NCBI RefSeq assembly: GCF_018402035.1
Contig: NZ_JAGYJN010000001.1
Coordinates: 746,327 to 810,326, forward strand
Reading direction: 5' to 3'
Source of the DNA: Roseicyclus sp.
GTDB taxonomy: Bacteria > Pseudomonadota > Alphaproteobacteria > Rhodobacterales > Rhodobacteraceae
DNA: 64,000 nucleotides
Positions 39,554 through 48,263 of the stretch are shown piece after piece; the stretch's first letter is position 1, and every line of letters begins with the position of its first letter. Both the position numbers and the translations under genes were made by a program. The notes below the pieces were generated by a model, which worked only from the letters and a program-made list of their open reading frames with translations, had not been told where the DNA came from and did not search any database.

Positions 39554-39919
39554 ATGGATGATCGTGAAGAAATGCGCCGCCTCATTGACATGATCGAAAA
39601 GTCTGCAGGATCCAATACGATTGAGCAGGCAGTCGATGATCTAAAGACTTTTGCGAATACGGCCAGCTTCTTGGCAAACAAGCTCGATAGCAGGCTGAAG
39701 GCAGGCGAGGTGAAGAAGAAAAAGCCTGCAAAGTCTGGCAAGGGGATAGGGCTATCGAAACCAGCGCCACCTCCCATTCCAAAGTCCCGTAACACACCTG
39801 AACCGCAGGACTCTGTGAGTGGTATGCCTCAAGCTACCAGCACCAGTATCTCACAAGCCGACTATGACAAGGTGAAGCCCATGCGCCCAATGGGAGCGTT
39901 GAGCGCAAACGAGAGTTGA
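39554..39919 (+). CDS. hypothetical small protein with Lys/Pro-rich centre (121 aa)
   Basis: The ORF is preceded by AGGAG. The helical N-terminus is followed by KKKKPAKSGKG...PPPIPK. Confidence 0.45.
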   Translation: MDDREEMRRLIDMIEKSAGSNTIEQAVDDLKTFANTASFLANKLDSRLKAGEVKKKKPAKSGKGIGLSKPAPPPIPKSRNTPEPQDSVSGMPQATSTSISQADYDKVKPMRPMGALSANES

Positions 39920-40049
39920 TTTGTTACGCACTTAAGTGTCTGTTTTTAAGCAAAAAATGTGTATTATTTGCATAAAGATCGTCAGTTTTAGACTTGCCCA
40001 ATCAAGAAGACGACAGGCATAGCGAGAATGGTTTTCAGCACATATGCTG

Positions 40050-41117
40050 TTATTCATCGCCCGAAGGCTCATCTGATGGGTCATCGTTGTCAGCATCTAC
40101 ATCGTCTGAGCCTGTATTTGGATCCCGTTCTTCTGCGCTAACGGCTTCGTCCATGCTCACGGTATTCACCACAAGCTCAAAGGTATCGAGAATATCAGGA
40201 TGGTTCTGTGTGAGGTAGTTTTTCACGGTTGGTGTGGAGATCAGTTTGCTTAAATACCCGCGCGCGACGACTAAATTAAGGAGGTCTGAGCCGTAATTGG
40301 CCTCTGCATCTTTGTACTTGGTTTGCACCTGGCTCATTTCTTTTTCCAGTTTAACAATCTTTTCTAACGGATCTCCTTGAGGAATGTCTGGTTTGGCGGG
40401 CGCCGTGTCTGTGCGCTGTTCTGGCGGTGTTGCTTTTAACAGGGCCTCTGCGTGGGGTCCTGTTATTTTATCTGCCGCGATCATCAACTCGACGGCCTCC
40501 ACTTGGCGCGCAGCTTTCATTTTGCGCAGGAAACGTGTGACCTCTGGGTTGAACTGTTGGTCTTGTAAGAGCTCAACGGCCTGGGGGCACACACCATGCA
40601 ACAAGTTCACACGAGTGTTAATGGCTGAGAGATTGACATTAAACGCGCGTGCTAAGCGCTCTTTGCTGACACCTTTGTCGATTGCGCGACGCAACATATA
40701 GTGCTCCTGCACCGTAGACAGTCTATTTATGCGATGGTTGTAGGTGTAGGTCTCAAAATCTTTGGCGATAAGACAAGGGGCCTGATCTTCGCCCAATTCC
40801 TTGAGTGCGAGCACGCGTAGGTTCCCATCGAGTAGGAGGAAGGTTTCGTTTTGGTCATCTGTTGGGATTATAGAAAGCGGCTCAATCAATCCAATTTCTT
40901 TGATGGAAGAGAGGATCTGTTTGAATTTGCGCGTGGTCATCACACCGTCAGGTACTTTCTTGCTTGGCATAAGATGTTCGATAGGGATTTGATGGGTTTC
41001 TAAATTAAATCCAAGCGTGAGATTGAGAGGCGCCTTTGGAAAGCCGAATGCGTCCTCCTCTGGCAGTTCAGTTGCTGCTCCCGGGAAAATTTCTTGAATA
41101 GACATTGGTTCGTTCAT
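40050..41117 (-). CDS. ParB/RepB-like N-terminal-domain protein with acidic C-terminal tail
   Basis: IGLIEPLSIIP and LLLDGNLRVLALKELG form a ParB/Srx-type Arg motif, followed by HTH-like GVSKERLARAFNVNLSAINTRV. The C-terminal tail is DDVDADNDDPSDEPSGDE. Confidence 0.7.
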   Translation of the reverse strand: MNEPMSIQEIFPGAATELPEEDAFGFPKAPLNLTLGFNLETHQIPIEHLMPSKKVPDGVMTTRKFKQILSSIKEIGLIEPLSIIPTDDQNETFLLLDGNLRVLALKELGEDQAPCLIAKDFETYTYNHRINRLSTVQEHYMLRRAIDKGVSKERLARAFNVNLSAINTRVNLLHGVCPQAVELLQDQQFNPEVTRFLRKMKAARQVEAVELMIAADKITGPHAEALLKATPPEQRTDTAPAKPDIPQGDPLEKIVKLEKEMSQVQTKYKDAEANYGSDLLNLVVARGYLSKLISTPTVKNYLTQNHPDILDTFELVVNTVSMDEAVSAEERDPNTGSDDVDADNDDPSDEPSGDE

Positions 41118-42013
41118 GATACACCTCCGTTCAGTGTGTTAAGTTCAATCCGTTCTGCGAGATATTGAGGCAGTGTTTCTAAACCTTCTGCACGCAGCAG
41201 CGTCACAAAATTTGTGTCTGTAAAAAGTGTTCTGAGGCCTTGCTCTACGAGCAGCAGTTTTTGCTGGGCATGTTCAGCCTTCAAAACCATCTTGTGCTGC
41301 CGCTCTACTTCGCGCTGGTATGTCTTCACGAGCGAATGCGCAGAGTTTGGTAGTTTGGGTCGATTGTTAGCCTTTGGACCTTGGTCACGGCGTTTGGCGA
41401 GAAGCTGTTTTGCTTCATAAAGTTGTGTGGTTTTAAGCTCACCCGATTGATACGCTTCTTCCAGCATGTCGCCTAAATCATCGTCATCGGTTTTGGCGCG
41501 TGCGATTTGGATGGCGGCACTCAGTGGAAGGGTGCCATGTTGAACGGCTTCAATTAAACGCTCTTCGCCCTTTTCCAGGAGAAACACGATGTCGCGCACA
41601 TATTTTTGCGACAAGCCCGTCTTTGCAACAATGTCGTCGATGCCAGTGTTTCTTGTAAGCAGCAGTTCAATGTCTGCGAGGATCTCCAGTGGTCGGTGCC
41701 CCTTGCGCGCAATGTTTTCTGCTAAGCTCATGATGAATGCATCTTCATCTGAGACATCCACAATCAGCGCTGGAATATGAGTTTCTCCTAATATGCGAAA
41801 CGCATTTAGACGCCCTTCACCGCACACAAGCAGATACTTGGGTTCACTGTCTAAACCCTCACGCTCGGTGACTGTAATTGGTTTTTTAAGACCAATATCT
41901 TGGATGTTTTCGACAATCTCTTCAAAGACTTTGGCATTGCGGTCTCGGGAATTCAGGACCTCAATGCGCTCTATTGGAATGAGCGTCACCCGCTCTGGTG
42001 TGTCAGTGTTCAT
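41114..42013 (-). CDS. ParB/RepB-like N-terminal-domain protein
   Basis: IPIERIEVLNSRDRN, IGLKKPITV, LLVCGEGRLNAFRILG (GxxRxxA) and SLAENIAR motifs. A 4-nt overlap joins it to the downstream ParB-like gene. Confidence 0.75.
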   Translation of the reverse strand: MNTDTPERVTLIPIERIEVLNSRDRNAKVFEEIVENIQDIGLKKPITVTEREGLDSEPKYLLVCGEGRLNAFRILGETHIPALIVDVSDEDAFIMSLAENIARKGHRPLEILADIELLLTRNTGIDDIVAKTGLSQKYVRDIVFLLEKGEERLIEAVQHGTLPLSAAIQIARAKTDDDDLGDMLEEAYQSGELKTTQLYEAKQLLAKRRDQGPKANNRPKLPNSAHSLVKTYQREVERQHKMVLKAEHAQQKLLLVEQGLRTLFTDTNFVTLLRAEGLETLPQYLAERIELNTLNGGVS

Positions 42014-42067
42014 AGCAACTCCTATTGGAAATTTGGGTTAGGACATTTTGTGTATGATGATTTCGCT

Positions 42068-43624
42068 TCATGACGCCTGCCTCCAGATGTTGACCCGGCA
42101 GGCCATGCGATAGAAAAACTGCAGATCATCAAATCGAAAAGCTTCGAATTGAGTGGCGCTTCGTGCATCAATGGCGAGGTGGCTTCTCGGCAAATCCAAC
42201 CAAGGCAACAGGTAATAATCGAGCGCGCCTTCATTGTAGTGATCTAGCCGCACCACCAGTGAGAGATCAGCCTTGAAGCGCTCAGGATCAAAGCGCACAC
42301 GCCAACGAAACCTTCCGTCGCCTGATGTTTGGCACCGTGACAGGACCAAACTGACTGCAAGCTCGTTGTTGATATTCAAAAGCCCTGTGTCTGGCGCCTG
42401 CGTGACAGCCCCGCCTATGGTGTTAATCTGCGCAAGCGTGTCTTGCACTATCTCAGGATACATTGCCCGAAGGCGCGCATTTATTTCGGCGCGTTCGTGA
42501 TCAAAATTCGTCTGATAGCCAATTAAAGCATAGGCCCGTCTTAAAGATCCAAAGCGCGTGCGGTACACATTTGCCGAAGGTAGCGCGTCGCTTTGATCAA
42601 TAAGCACACCACTAATTTGACCATGATCCGCATAAAGACGTCGCAAGTGCTCCAATAGTTCTTCATCCGACATTTTGGCTGAGCGTGCGGTGATGATCTC
42701 TTGGGCCGTCATAAACATTTCGATAGGGACGATTGCTTCAAAGGCGCCTTCTTTGCGGATCCACATTTCTGGCGGGTTGTCCACGTGATGTCTTTTAAGT
42801 TTGAAACTTCGTCGATTGAAAACATTGTTGCCGATGTATTTTTCATTTGTGAGAACTGTCCGCACAGATGTTGTCGTCCAGGGACGCTCCAGATCTGTCG
42901 CGATCCCATGTTCATTCAGACGATCGGCGATTTCTCGAAAGCTCATGTCTTCGTCAATAAGCCAGCAAAACATGCGATTGACCCAAGCAATTTCTTCCTC
43001 GGGTCCCGGCATGAGGATTACGCGATCTGTTTGAAGGCTCTTGTGCTCTCCAGCCTTTAATTCGCCTTTGACCTCCCCGCGTTCATTAACCAAAACACGG
43101 CGCAATCCAAACCCAGCAGGCCCGCCTTGTCGAAACCCCAATTCAATCAGGCGACATTGACCGGCGAAAACTTTTGCAGACAGCTCCCGACTGTACTCAC
43201 CAGCCATGGCGCGTTTGACGCCTTTGACGATTGTGGAAACTGGGGAGCCGTCATTTTCAAACTGCTCTGCACAATAGGCCACCTGGATACCAGCGCGACG
43301 GCAGATATATTCATAATAGGCACTTTCATCGGCATCTTGAAACCGCCCCCAGCGACTGACGTCATAGACAAGAATGACGTTAAAATCTGCAATGCCTGTT
43401 TCTACATCCGAAATAAGCCGTTGAAGTGCAGCCCGCCCACCAATGCTCAAGCCACTTTTGCCCTCGTCGGCATAGGTTTTGATAATCTCAATTCCACGCT
43501 TGTCTGCGTATTCTTGGATTTTATCCGCTTGGTTTTGTGTGGAGTATTGCTGGTGCTCAGTGCTCATCCGTACGTATTGGGCAGCTTTGAAAGCACCTTT
43601 TATATGCTGGGCTTCAGTATTCAT
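42068..43624 (-). CDS. large serine recombinase
   Basis: The resolvase catalytic domain (AAQYVRMSTEHQQYSTQNQ, with the Ser nucleophile, then YADEGKSG and VYDVSRWGR) is followed by a recombinase domain and long C-terminal region; 518 aa. Confidence 0.85.
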   Translation of the reverse strand: MNTEAQHIKGAFKAAQYVRMSTEHQQYSTQNQADKIQEYADKRGIEIIKTYADEGKSGLSIGGRAALQRLISDVETGIADFNVILVYDVSRWGRFQDADESAYYEYICRRAGIQVAYCAEQFENDGSPVSTIVKGVKRAMAGEYSRELSAKVFAGQCRLIELGFRQGGPAGFGLRRVLVNERGEVKGELKAGEHKSLQTDRVILMPGPEEEIAWVNRMFCWLIDEDMSFREIADRLNEHGIATDLERPWTTTSVRTVLTNEKYIGNNVFNRRSFKLKRHHVDNPPEMWIRKEGAFEAIVPIEMFMTAQEIITARSAKMSDEELLEHLRRLYADHGQISGVLIDQSDALPSANVYRTRFGSLRRAYALIGYQTNFDHERAEINARLRAMYPEIVQDTLAQINTIGGAVTQAPDTGLLNINNELAVSLVLSRCQTSGDGRFRWRVRFDPERFKADLSLVVRLDHYNEGALDYYLLPWLDLPRSHLAIDARSATQFEAFRFDDLQFFYRMACRVNIWRQAS

Positions 43625-43943
43625 GGCCCAGCAGAATTGTTAAAACACGTGCCGTGATATTTGGATCACTCGGATCTAATGAATGCATTTGAAAATCGAG
43701 ATCGTAATACTCGATTTTCCAAAAGATGGTTTCGCCGCAAAATTCAAAGCTGCCGAAATCATGCTCACCATAAGGGTCATTGCGCTCTGTGAAAGCATCA
43801 TAAGCTTGCACACGCGCGACAATGGCCTGCGTTTGATAAAGTGCCTGAACTCCCGGTGTCATGTAAACGCGACACCCTGAGAAAGACTTGCGCGCCGCAT
43901 CATTAAGCGCTGCTATTTTTGTTGGATCATGTGCCGTCAGCAT
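43614..43943 (-). CDS. DUF3768-like protein
   Basis: 109 aa. TERNDPYGEHDFGSFEFCGETIFWKIEYYD matches my memory of the DUF3768 signature common on plasmids and ICEs. Confidence 0.6.
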   Translation of the reverse strand: MLTAHDPTKIAALNDAARKSFSGCRVYMTPGVQALYQTQAIVARVQAYDAFTERNDPYGEHDFGSFEFCGETIFWKIEYYDLDFQMHSLDPSDPNITARVLTILLGHEY

Positions 43944-44382
43944 GTTGCGCCTCCGACGGATCTTTTCTGCGTTGTGCTAGTGTAGAGAGTGCGGTGTCTA
44001 ACTCGCCTCCCTCAACGGCTTTGGCGAATAGATCTAGCACCGCAGCAACGTCATCTAGGCTATGAACAATGACAGCGTTGTTATCTGCATCAAGCGGGAC
44101 AACGCGTGCGCCATATTTGAGTTGGACAACCCAGCCTTGCCCATCTTGAAAAAACCAAGGGCGCACAGCGTGTGTTTTCTCTACGCGCTGCCGGTTACCA
44201 TTTGTATCCCGTGCCCAGCCTGGCTTTGTAACCCTATGCTCTTGCCCTTTTTGTGCGGCTGCTAAAACAAGTTTTTGCTGCTCAAGTGCTGTTAGGGTTT
44301 TACTACGCCGTTCTTCAACAGGATCCCGATTGGGCTGCGTGCGTCGATAGGACGTCAATGTAAGTTTAGACAGTGGTGCCAT
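43927..44382 (-). CDS. hypothetical protein (151 aa), first gene of the serine-recombinase operon
   Basis: The ORF overlaps the next gene by 17 nt. No motif recognised. Confidence 0.5.
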   Translation of the reverse strand: MAPLSKLTLTSYRRTQPNRDPVEERRSKTLTALEQQKLVLAAAQKGQEHRVTKPGWARDTNGNRQRVEKTHAVRPWFFQDGQGWVVQLKYGARVVPLDADNNAVIVHSLDDVAAVLDLFAKAVEGGELDTALSTLAQRRKDPSEAQHADGT

Positions 44383-44487
44383 GATGCGCTCCTTATGTGT
44401 TTACATAAAAAGCGTATGGTCAGACGTGCACTTGGACGACCGAAAAGATCTCAATGAATTGAAAAGGCTAGGAAATTTGGGAAGCGA

Positions 44488-44985
44488 TTATTTAGCGAGT
44501 TGCAATTGATCAGCACTGACCTGCATACGTGTTTTTTGTCCCATGAAATCCATAAGGACCCAAATACGCTGCTCAGGATCAATTGTATCCACCGTTGCAA
44601 TGAAATTGGCAAAAGGTCCGGTGAGCATTTCTACACTGTCTCCCTCGTTCAGACTTTTGGGTGGGAGCAATGCACCAGATGCATCGCATCTGAGCATAAG
44701 ACCAGAAATCAGCTGTAGAGGAAGCGGCTTTGGTTTGCCCTCAAAGCTCACAAGCTTTGATACCCCAATCGTGCTATTTATCGAGCGCCAAGGGGCCAAT
44801 TCAGAGTTTATGCTGACAAACATGTATCCTGGGAAAAGAGGTTTTAGATCACTCACAAAGCGGGAGGCTTTTCTGCGGGTGATTTTCTGCATGGGTAAAA
44901 ACGTTTCAAACCCTTGCCGTTGCAAGTTGCGCTCCGCCAGGCGATGGCTGTTTGGCTTGAACTGTATCAAATACCACTGATTCAT
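44488..44985 (-). CDS. NusG-family transcription antiterminator paralogue (RfaH-like)
   Basis: MNQWYLIQFKPNSHRLAERNLQRQGFETFLPM (NGN domain) and PLFPGYMFV, plus a C-terminal KOW-like GDSVEMLTGPFANFIATV; 165 aa. Confidence 0.8.
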   Translation of the reverse strand: MNQWYLIQFKPNSHRLAERNLQRQGFETFLPMQKITRRKASRFVSDLKPLFPGYMFVSINSELAPWRSINSTIGVSKLVSFEGKPKPLPLQLISGLMLRCDASGALLPPKSLNEGDSVEMLTGPFANFIATVDTIDPEQRIWVLMDFMGQKTRMQVSADQLQLAK

Positions 44986-45346
44986 TTTGACACCTATCGG
45001 ACTTAACGCTCACTTTTGAACGAACATAACAGATTTGAAACATCTTGCAAACCTATCAATTGCCGTGCTGAAACTCCCTACCCTGGTCTAAATTGACGGT
45101 GACCCACGACCGTAGGAATGACATAAAGTATTGAAATTAAATACTTTGTTTACCCCCCCCGCAACCCTGCCGGGAGGAACGCACTTCGTCTCAACCTGAT
45201 ATTTTTTTGATTGTAGTCGGAGAAACTTTGGACTATTCGTCAAATCTGAACAGTCATGAACATCCTTGACCTACATTGCTGGAATCTAACACCTGAGCCT
45301 GCGCGCAACGCAAAGCTCGGTGCGGTAGCCGTTCTGGAGCGTCACT

Positions 45347-45727
45347 TTGGCTAGCCGACGCGAAGAACAGCAGGCGGAAATCCGTTTGAAGGTTATGCGG
45401 TTGATTTCACAAAACCCTGAAATGTCCACACGGCAGGTTGCGGATGAAGTTGGGATTTCAAACGGGTCCGCCTATTACGTTCTCACCGCGCTTGTTGAAA
45501 AAGGCTTTGTGAAGCTTGGAAATTTTAAGAAAAATCCGCGTAAGGGTCAGTATGCCCATTTGCTGACGCCGAAAGGGATCCGCGAGAAGTCTTTGCTGAC
45601 CCACAGCTTCATTGAGCGAAAGCGCGAAGAGTTTGAGACTTTGAAGGCAGAAATCAAAGCCCTTGAAGAGGAGGCCGGCCTCGCAGGAGAGGCTATCCCC
45701 TCCCCGCGAAGAGACAAATCCACATGA
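45347..45727 (+). CDS. MarR-type, EPS-locus-associated transcriptional regulator
   Basis: The winged helix MSTRQVADEVGISNGSAYYVLTALVEKGFVKLGNFKKNPRKGQYAHLLTPKG is followed by a coiled-coil tail. The start is a TTG at 45347. Confidence 0.7.
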   Translation: MASRREEQQAEIRLKVMRLISQNPEMSTRQVADEVGISNGSAYYVLTALVEKGFVKLGNFKKNPRKGQYAHLLTPKGIREKSLLTHSFIERKREEFETLKAEIKALEEEAGLAGEAIPSPRRDKST

Positions 45728-47103
45728 CTGACCTTAGCTGCTTCAAAGCCTACGACATTCGCGGTGAAATTGGCGTCAATATTGATGAGGGCGTCGCCTA
45801 CCGCGTGGGTCGCGCCGTGGCCCAACATTTGGGCGCCACATCTGTTGTGATCGGATTTGATGCGCGCGAAACCAGCCCAGCCTTCGCGGCCGCCGCGTCA
45901 CAAGGCGTGCGCGATGCTGGTTCGGATGTCGTTCATATTGGTATGGCTGGCACGGAGGAGATGTATTGGGCGGTGACTGAATTTGGCGCCTGCGCTGGCA
46001 TTGAAGTAACCGCATCACACAATCCGATCCATTATAACGGCATGAAGATTGTCAAATCCCAGTCTCAGCCCCTTGAGGATTTGGGCGACTTTCAAGCCAT
46101 CAAGGCGCTTGCAAGCTCTCAGGCGTGGTGTGATGTGACGGACGTTGGTCATGAGCTTGAGCGCTCAGATGCTGCGCGGCAGGCTTACGTGGGGCGCGTG
46201 TTAAGTTTTGTTGACCTCCCTGCCCTGCGGCCGCTCAAAATCGTTGTAAACTCTGGCAACGGCGCCGCGGGTCAAACCTTTGACGCCATTGCCAACCAGC
46301 TTTTGGCGCTTAGCGCACCGCTTGAGTTTGTGCGCGTGCACCACACAGCGGACGCCACGTTCCCAAATGGTATCCCCAATCCACTTCTGCCAAAAAATCA
46401 CGCCGCGACGGCTGACGTGGTGAAGGCAGAGGAGGCTGACTTTGGCGTCGCTTTTGACGGCGATTTTGATCGCTGCTTTTTCTTTGATGAGACAGGTCAA
46501 TTTGTTCCCGGCGAATATGTCGTGGGGCTCCTAGCATCCATTTTCTTAGAGAAAGAAGCCGGCGCCAAGATTGTCCACGACCCCAGAGTGATTTGGAACA
46601 CCCAAGACATTGTCGCTCAAAAGGGCGGCATCGCCGTTCAGTCCAAAACGGGCCACGCCTTCATCAAGCAGACAATGCGCGCGCGCAGAGCGGTTTACGG
46701 CGGCGAGATGTCGGCGCACCATTATTTTCGCGACTTTGCTTATTGTGACAGCGGCATGATCCCGTGGCTTTTGATTGCTGAGCTCGTTTCCCGCTCGGGC
46801 CGCTCGCTGGGGGATTGGGTGAAAGATCGATATGCGGCCTTCCCAAGTTCGGGTGAAATCAACTTCACGGTGTCGGACGCGGGCAAGGCTATTGAGAATG
46901 TTTTGTCAGCCTACCGCGCTGATGCGCTCTCCTTAGATGAGACAGATGGCGTGAGCCTGGCCTTTGAGGATTGGCGCTTCAACCTGCGCCACTCGAACAC
47001 GGAGCCGCTCGTGCGGTTGAATGTTGAGGGCAGGGGCAATGCGGACGCGCTTGCGGCACACGTGGGCGCGATCGCGGATTTGCTTGGCGGGACGCGTGCT
47101 TAG
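45724..47103 (+). CDS. manB: phosphomannomutase (ManB/CpsG type)
   Basis: Active-site TASHNP and metal-binding FDGDFDRCFFFDE; 459 aa. An ATGA overlap joins it to the regulator gene. Confidence 0.85.
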   Translation: MTDLSCFKAYDIRGEIGVNIDEGVAYRVGRAVAQHLGATSVVIGFDARETSPAFAAAASQGVRDAGSDVVHIGMAGTEEMYWAVTEFGACAGIEVTASHNPIHYNGMKIVKSQSQPLEDLGDFQAIKALASSQAWCDVTDVGHELERSDAARQAYVGRVLSFVDLPALRPLKIVVNSGNGAAGQTFDAIANQLLALSAPLEFVRVHHTADATFPNGIPNPLLPKNHAATADVVKAEEADFGVAFDGDFDRCFFFDETGQFVPGEYVVGLLASIFLEKEAGAKIVHDPRVIWNTQDIVAQKGGIAVQSKTGHAFIKQTMRARRAVYGGEMSAHHYFRDFAYCDSGMIPWLLIAELVSRSGRSLGDWVKDRYAAFPSSGEINFTVSDAGKAIENVLSAYRADALSLDETDGVSLAFEDWRFNLRHSNTEPLVRLNVEGRGNADALAAHVGAIADLLGGTRA

Positions 47104-47173
47104 GGCGGCCGATAATGCAAGGTTACGGGTAGCTTGAAGTTTAAAATGCAGGTGATGGTGAGTGGCGTGGCAA

Positions 47174-47202
47174 TTGACGAAAGGTACGCTTTACCGTACG
47201 TT
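47174..47202 (+). promoter_or_regulatory. candidate promoter/operator of yefM-yoeB
   Basis: TTGACG (47174-47179), a 17-nt spacer and TACGTT (47197-47202). Two GTAC cores at 47184 and 47196 lie 12 bp apart. This resembles the paired GTAC-core operator described for E. coli yefM-yoeB, as I recall it. Confidence 0.4.
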
Positions 47203-47222
47203 AAGGCAAAAGGGGTACTGCC

Positions 47223-47465
47223 ATGACAACAGTGAATGTAACAGAGGCGCGGGCCAATCTGTATAAATTGATTGATGATGCATCTGCGAGCCACGAGCCG
47301 GTGGTCATTACCGGTAAGCGTGGCAATGCAGTGCTACTGTCAGAAGACGATTGGAACGCGATCAACGAGACTTTGTATCTGCTCTCTGTGCCTGGCATGC
47401 GCGAGTCTATCATTGAAGGCATGCAGGAAAACCTCGATGAGACATCAGCAGAGTTAGAGTGGTGA
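47223..47465 (+). CDS. yefM: type II antitoxin YefM
   Basis: MTTVNVTEARANLYKLIDDASASHEPVVITGKRGNAVLLSEDDWNAINETLYL; 80 aa. Confidence 0.85.
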   Translation: MTTVNVTEARANLYKLIDDASASHEPVVITGKRGNAVLLSEDDWNAINETLYLLSVPGMRESIIEGMQENLDETSAELEW

Positions 47466-47725
47466 CTTGGACGCTTCGCTACACAAAGCAGGCCCAGAAA
47501 GATGCGAAAAAACTCGCCTCCTCTGGCCTCAAAGCCAAGGCGCAAACGCTTTTGGCGATACTCGAGAAAGACCCTTGGCAAAATCCGCCCCCCTTCGAAA
47601 AGCTCGTGGGCGATTTGAACGGGGCGTATTCAAGACGTATCAATATTCAACACCGTCTTGTCTATCAGGTTTTGGAAGCAGAAGAGGCCGTGAAAATATT
47701 ACGGCTTTGGACGCATTATGGGTAA
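47459..47725 (+). CDS. yoeB: type II toxin YoeB (Txe/YoeB family)
   Basis: WTLRYTKQAQKDAKKL...PFEKLVGDLNGAYSRRINIQHRLVYQVLE...VKILRLWTHY. GTG start overlaps the yefM end. Confidence 0.85.
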   Translation: MVTWTLRYTKQAQKDAKKLASSGLKAKAQTLLAILEKDPWQNPPPFEKLVGDLNGAYSRRINIQHRLVYQVLEAEEAVKILRLWTHYG

Positions 47726-47731
47726 CAACAC

Positions 47732-47977
47732 ATGACGCAGCTGCATCAGTCAAAGATTTTTGCAAACGGTTCAACGACACTGCCGAAGCCCGTGCGAGAT
47801 GCGCTCGGCGTTAGGGCGGGTGATAGCGTTCGCTATGTTATTTCTGAGGATGGTGTGCAGGTGTTAAAAATGCCGCCGGAGAAATCTCAGGCGGATGATC
47901 TCACTTTGCGCGAGGCTCTGGACGCAGCCGAACATGTGATGGATAACAACCGCACGCTCCTGCGAGACCTGAATTGA
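47732..47977 (+). CDS. AbrB/MazE/SpoVT-type antitoxin-like protein (no cognate toxin ORF seen)
   Basis: SKIFANGSTTLPKPVRDALGVRAGDSVRYVISEDGVQVLK forms a swapped-hairpin-like motif; 81 aa. Confidence 0.6.
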   Translation: MTQLHQSKIFANGSTTLPKPVRDALGVRAGDSVRYVISEDGVQVLKMPPEKSQADDLTLREALDAAEHVMDNNRTLLRDLN

Positions 47978-48263
47978 ATATCGATTGCCAAAATTTGGTT
48001 CAGCGGAAATCAAACAACACCAGCGCGTTATGCCTCCCCGACTGTTTAAGATTACGGGCAGGTGAGCGGGAGTTTTCCGACGCCGTTAAAAAGGGCGGCA
48101 CTTAAGGTAAAAAGCTGCACCAAGGACGTTGTGCGCAAGACTTAACAAAAGTTGAAGATGACATTATTAAAAGTAACGCCGAGACCTGTTCGATCCTTGA
48201 AGAGGTTGATAAGCGCCGGGCAGGACACCGAGACCAGAGATTACAGTTGAGGCCAAAGAAAAA

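Noticed and set aside
45318-45335. Calling the GCGGTAG element a bona fide ops site
   Set aside because: Only 7 of the 10 specified ops positions match and the 3' TG is missing. It is kept as a hypothesis in the findings rather than annotated as a feature.
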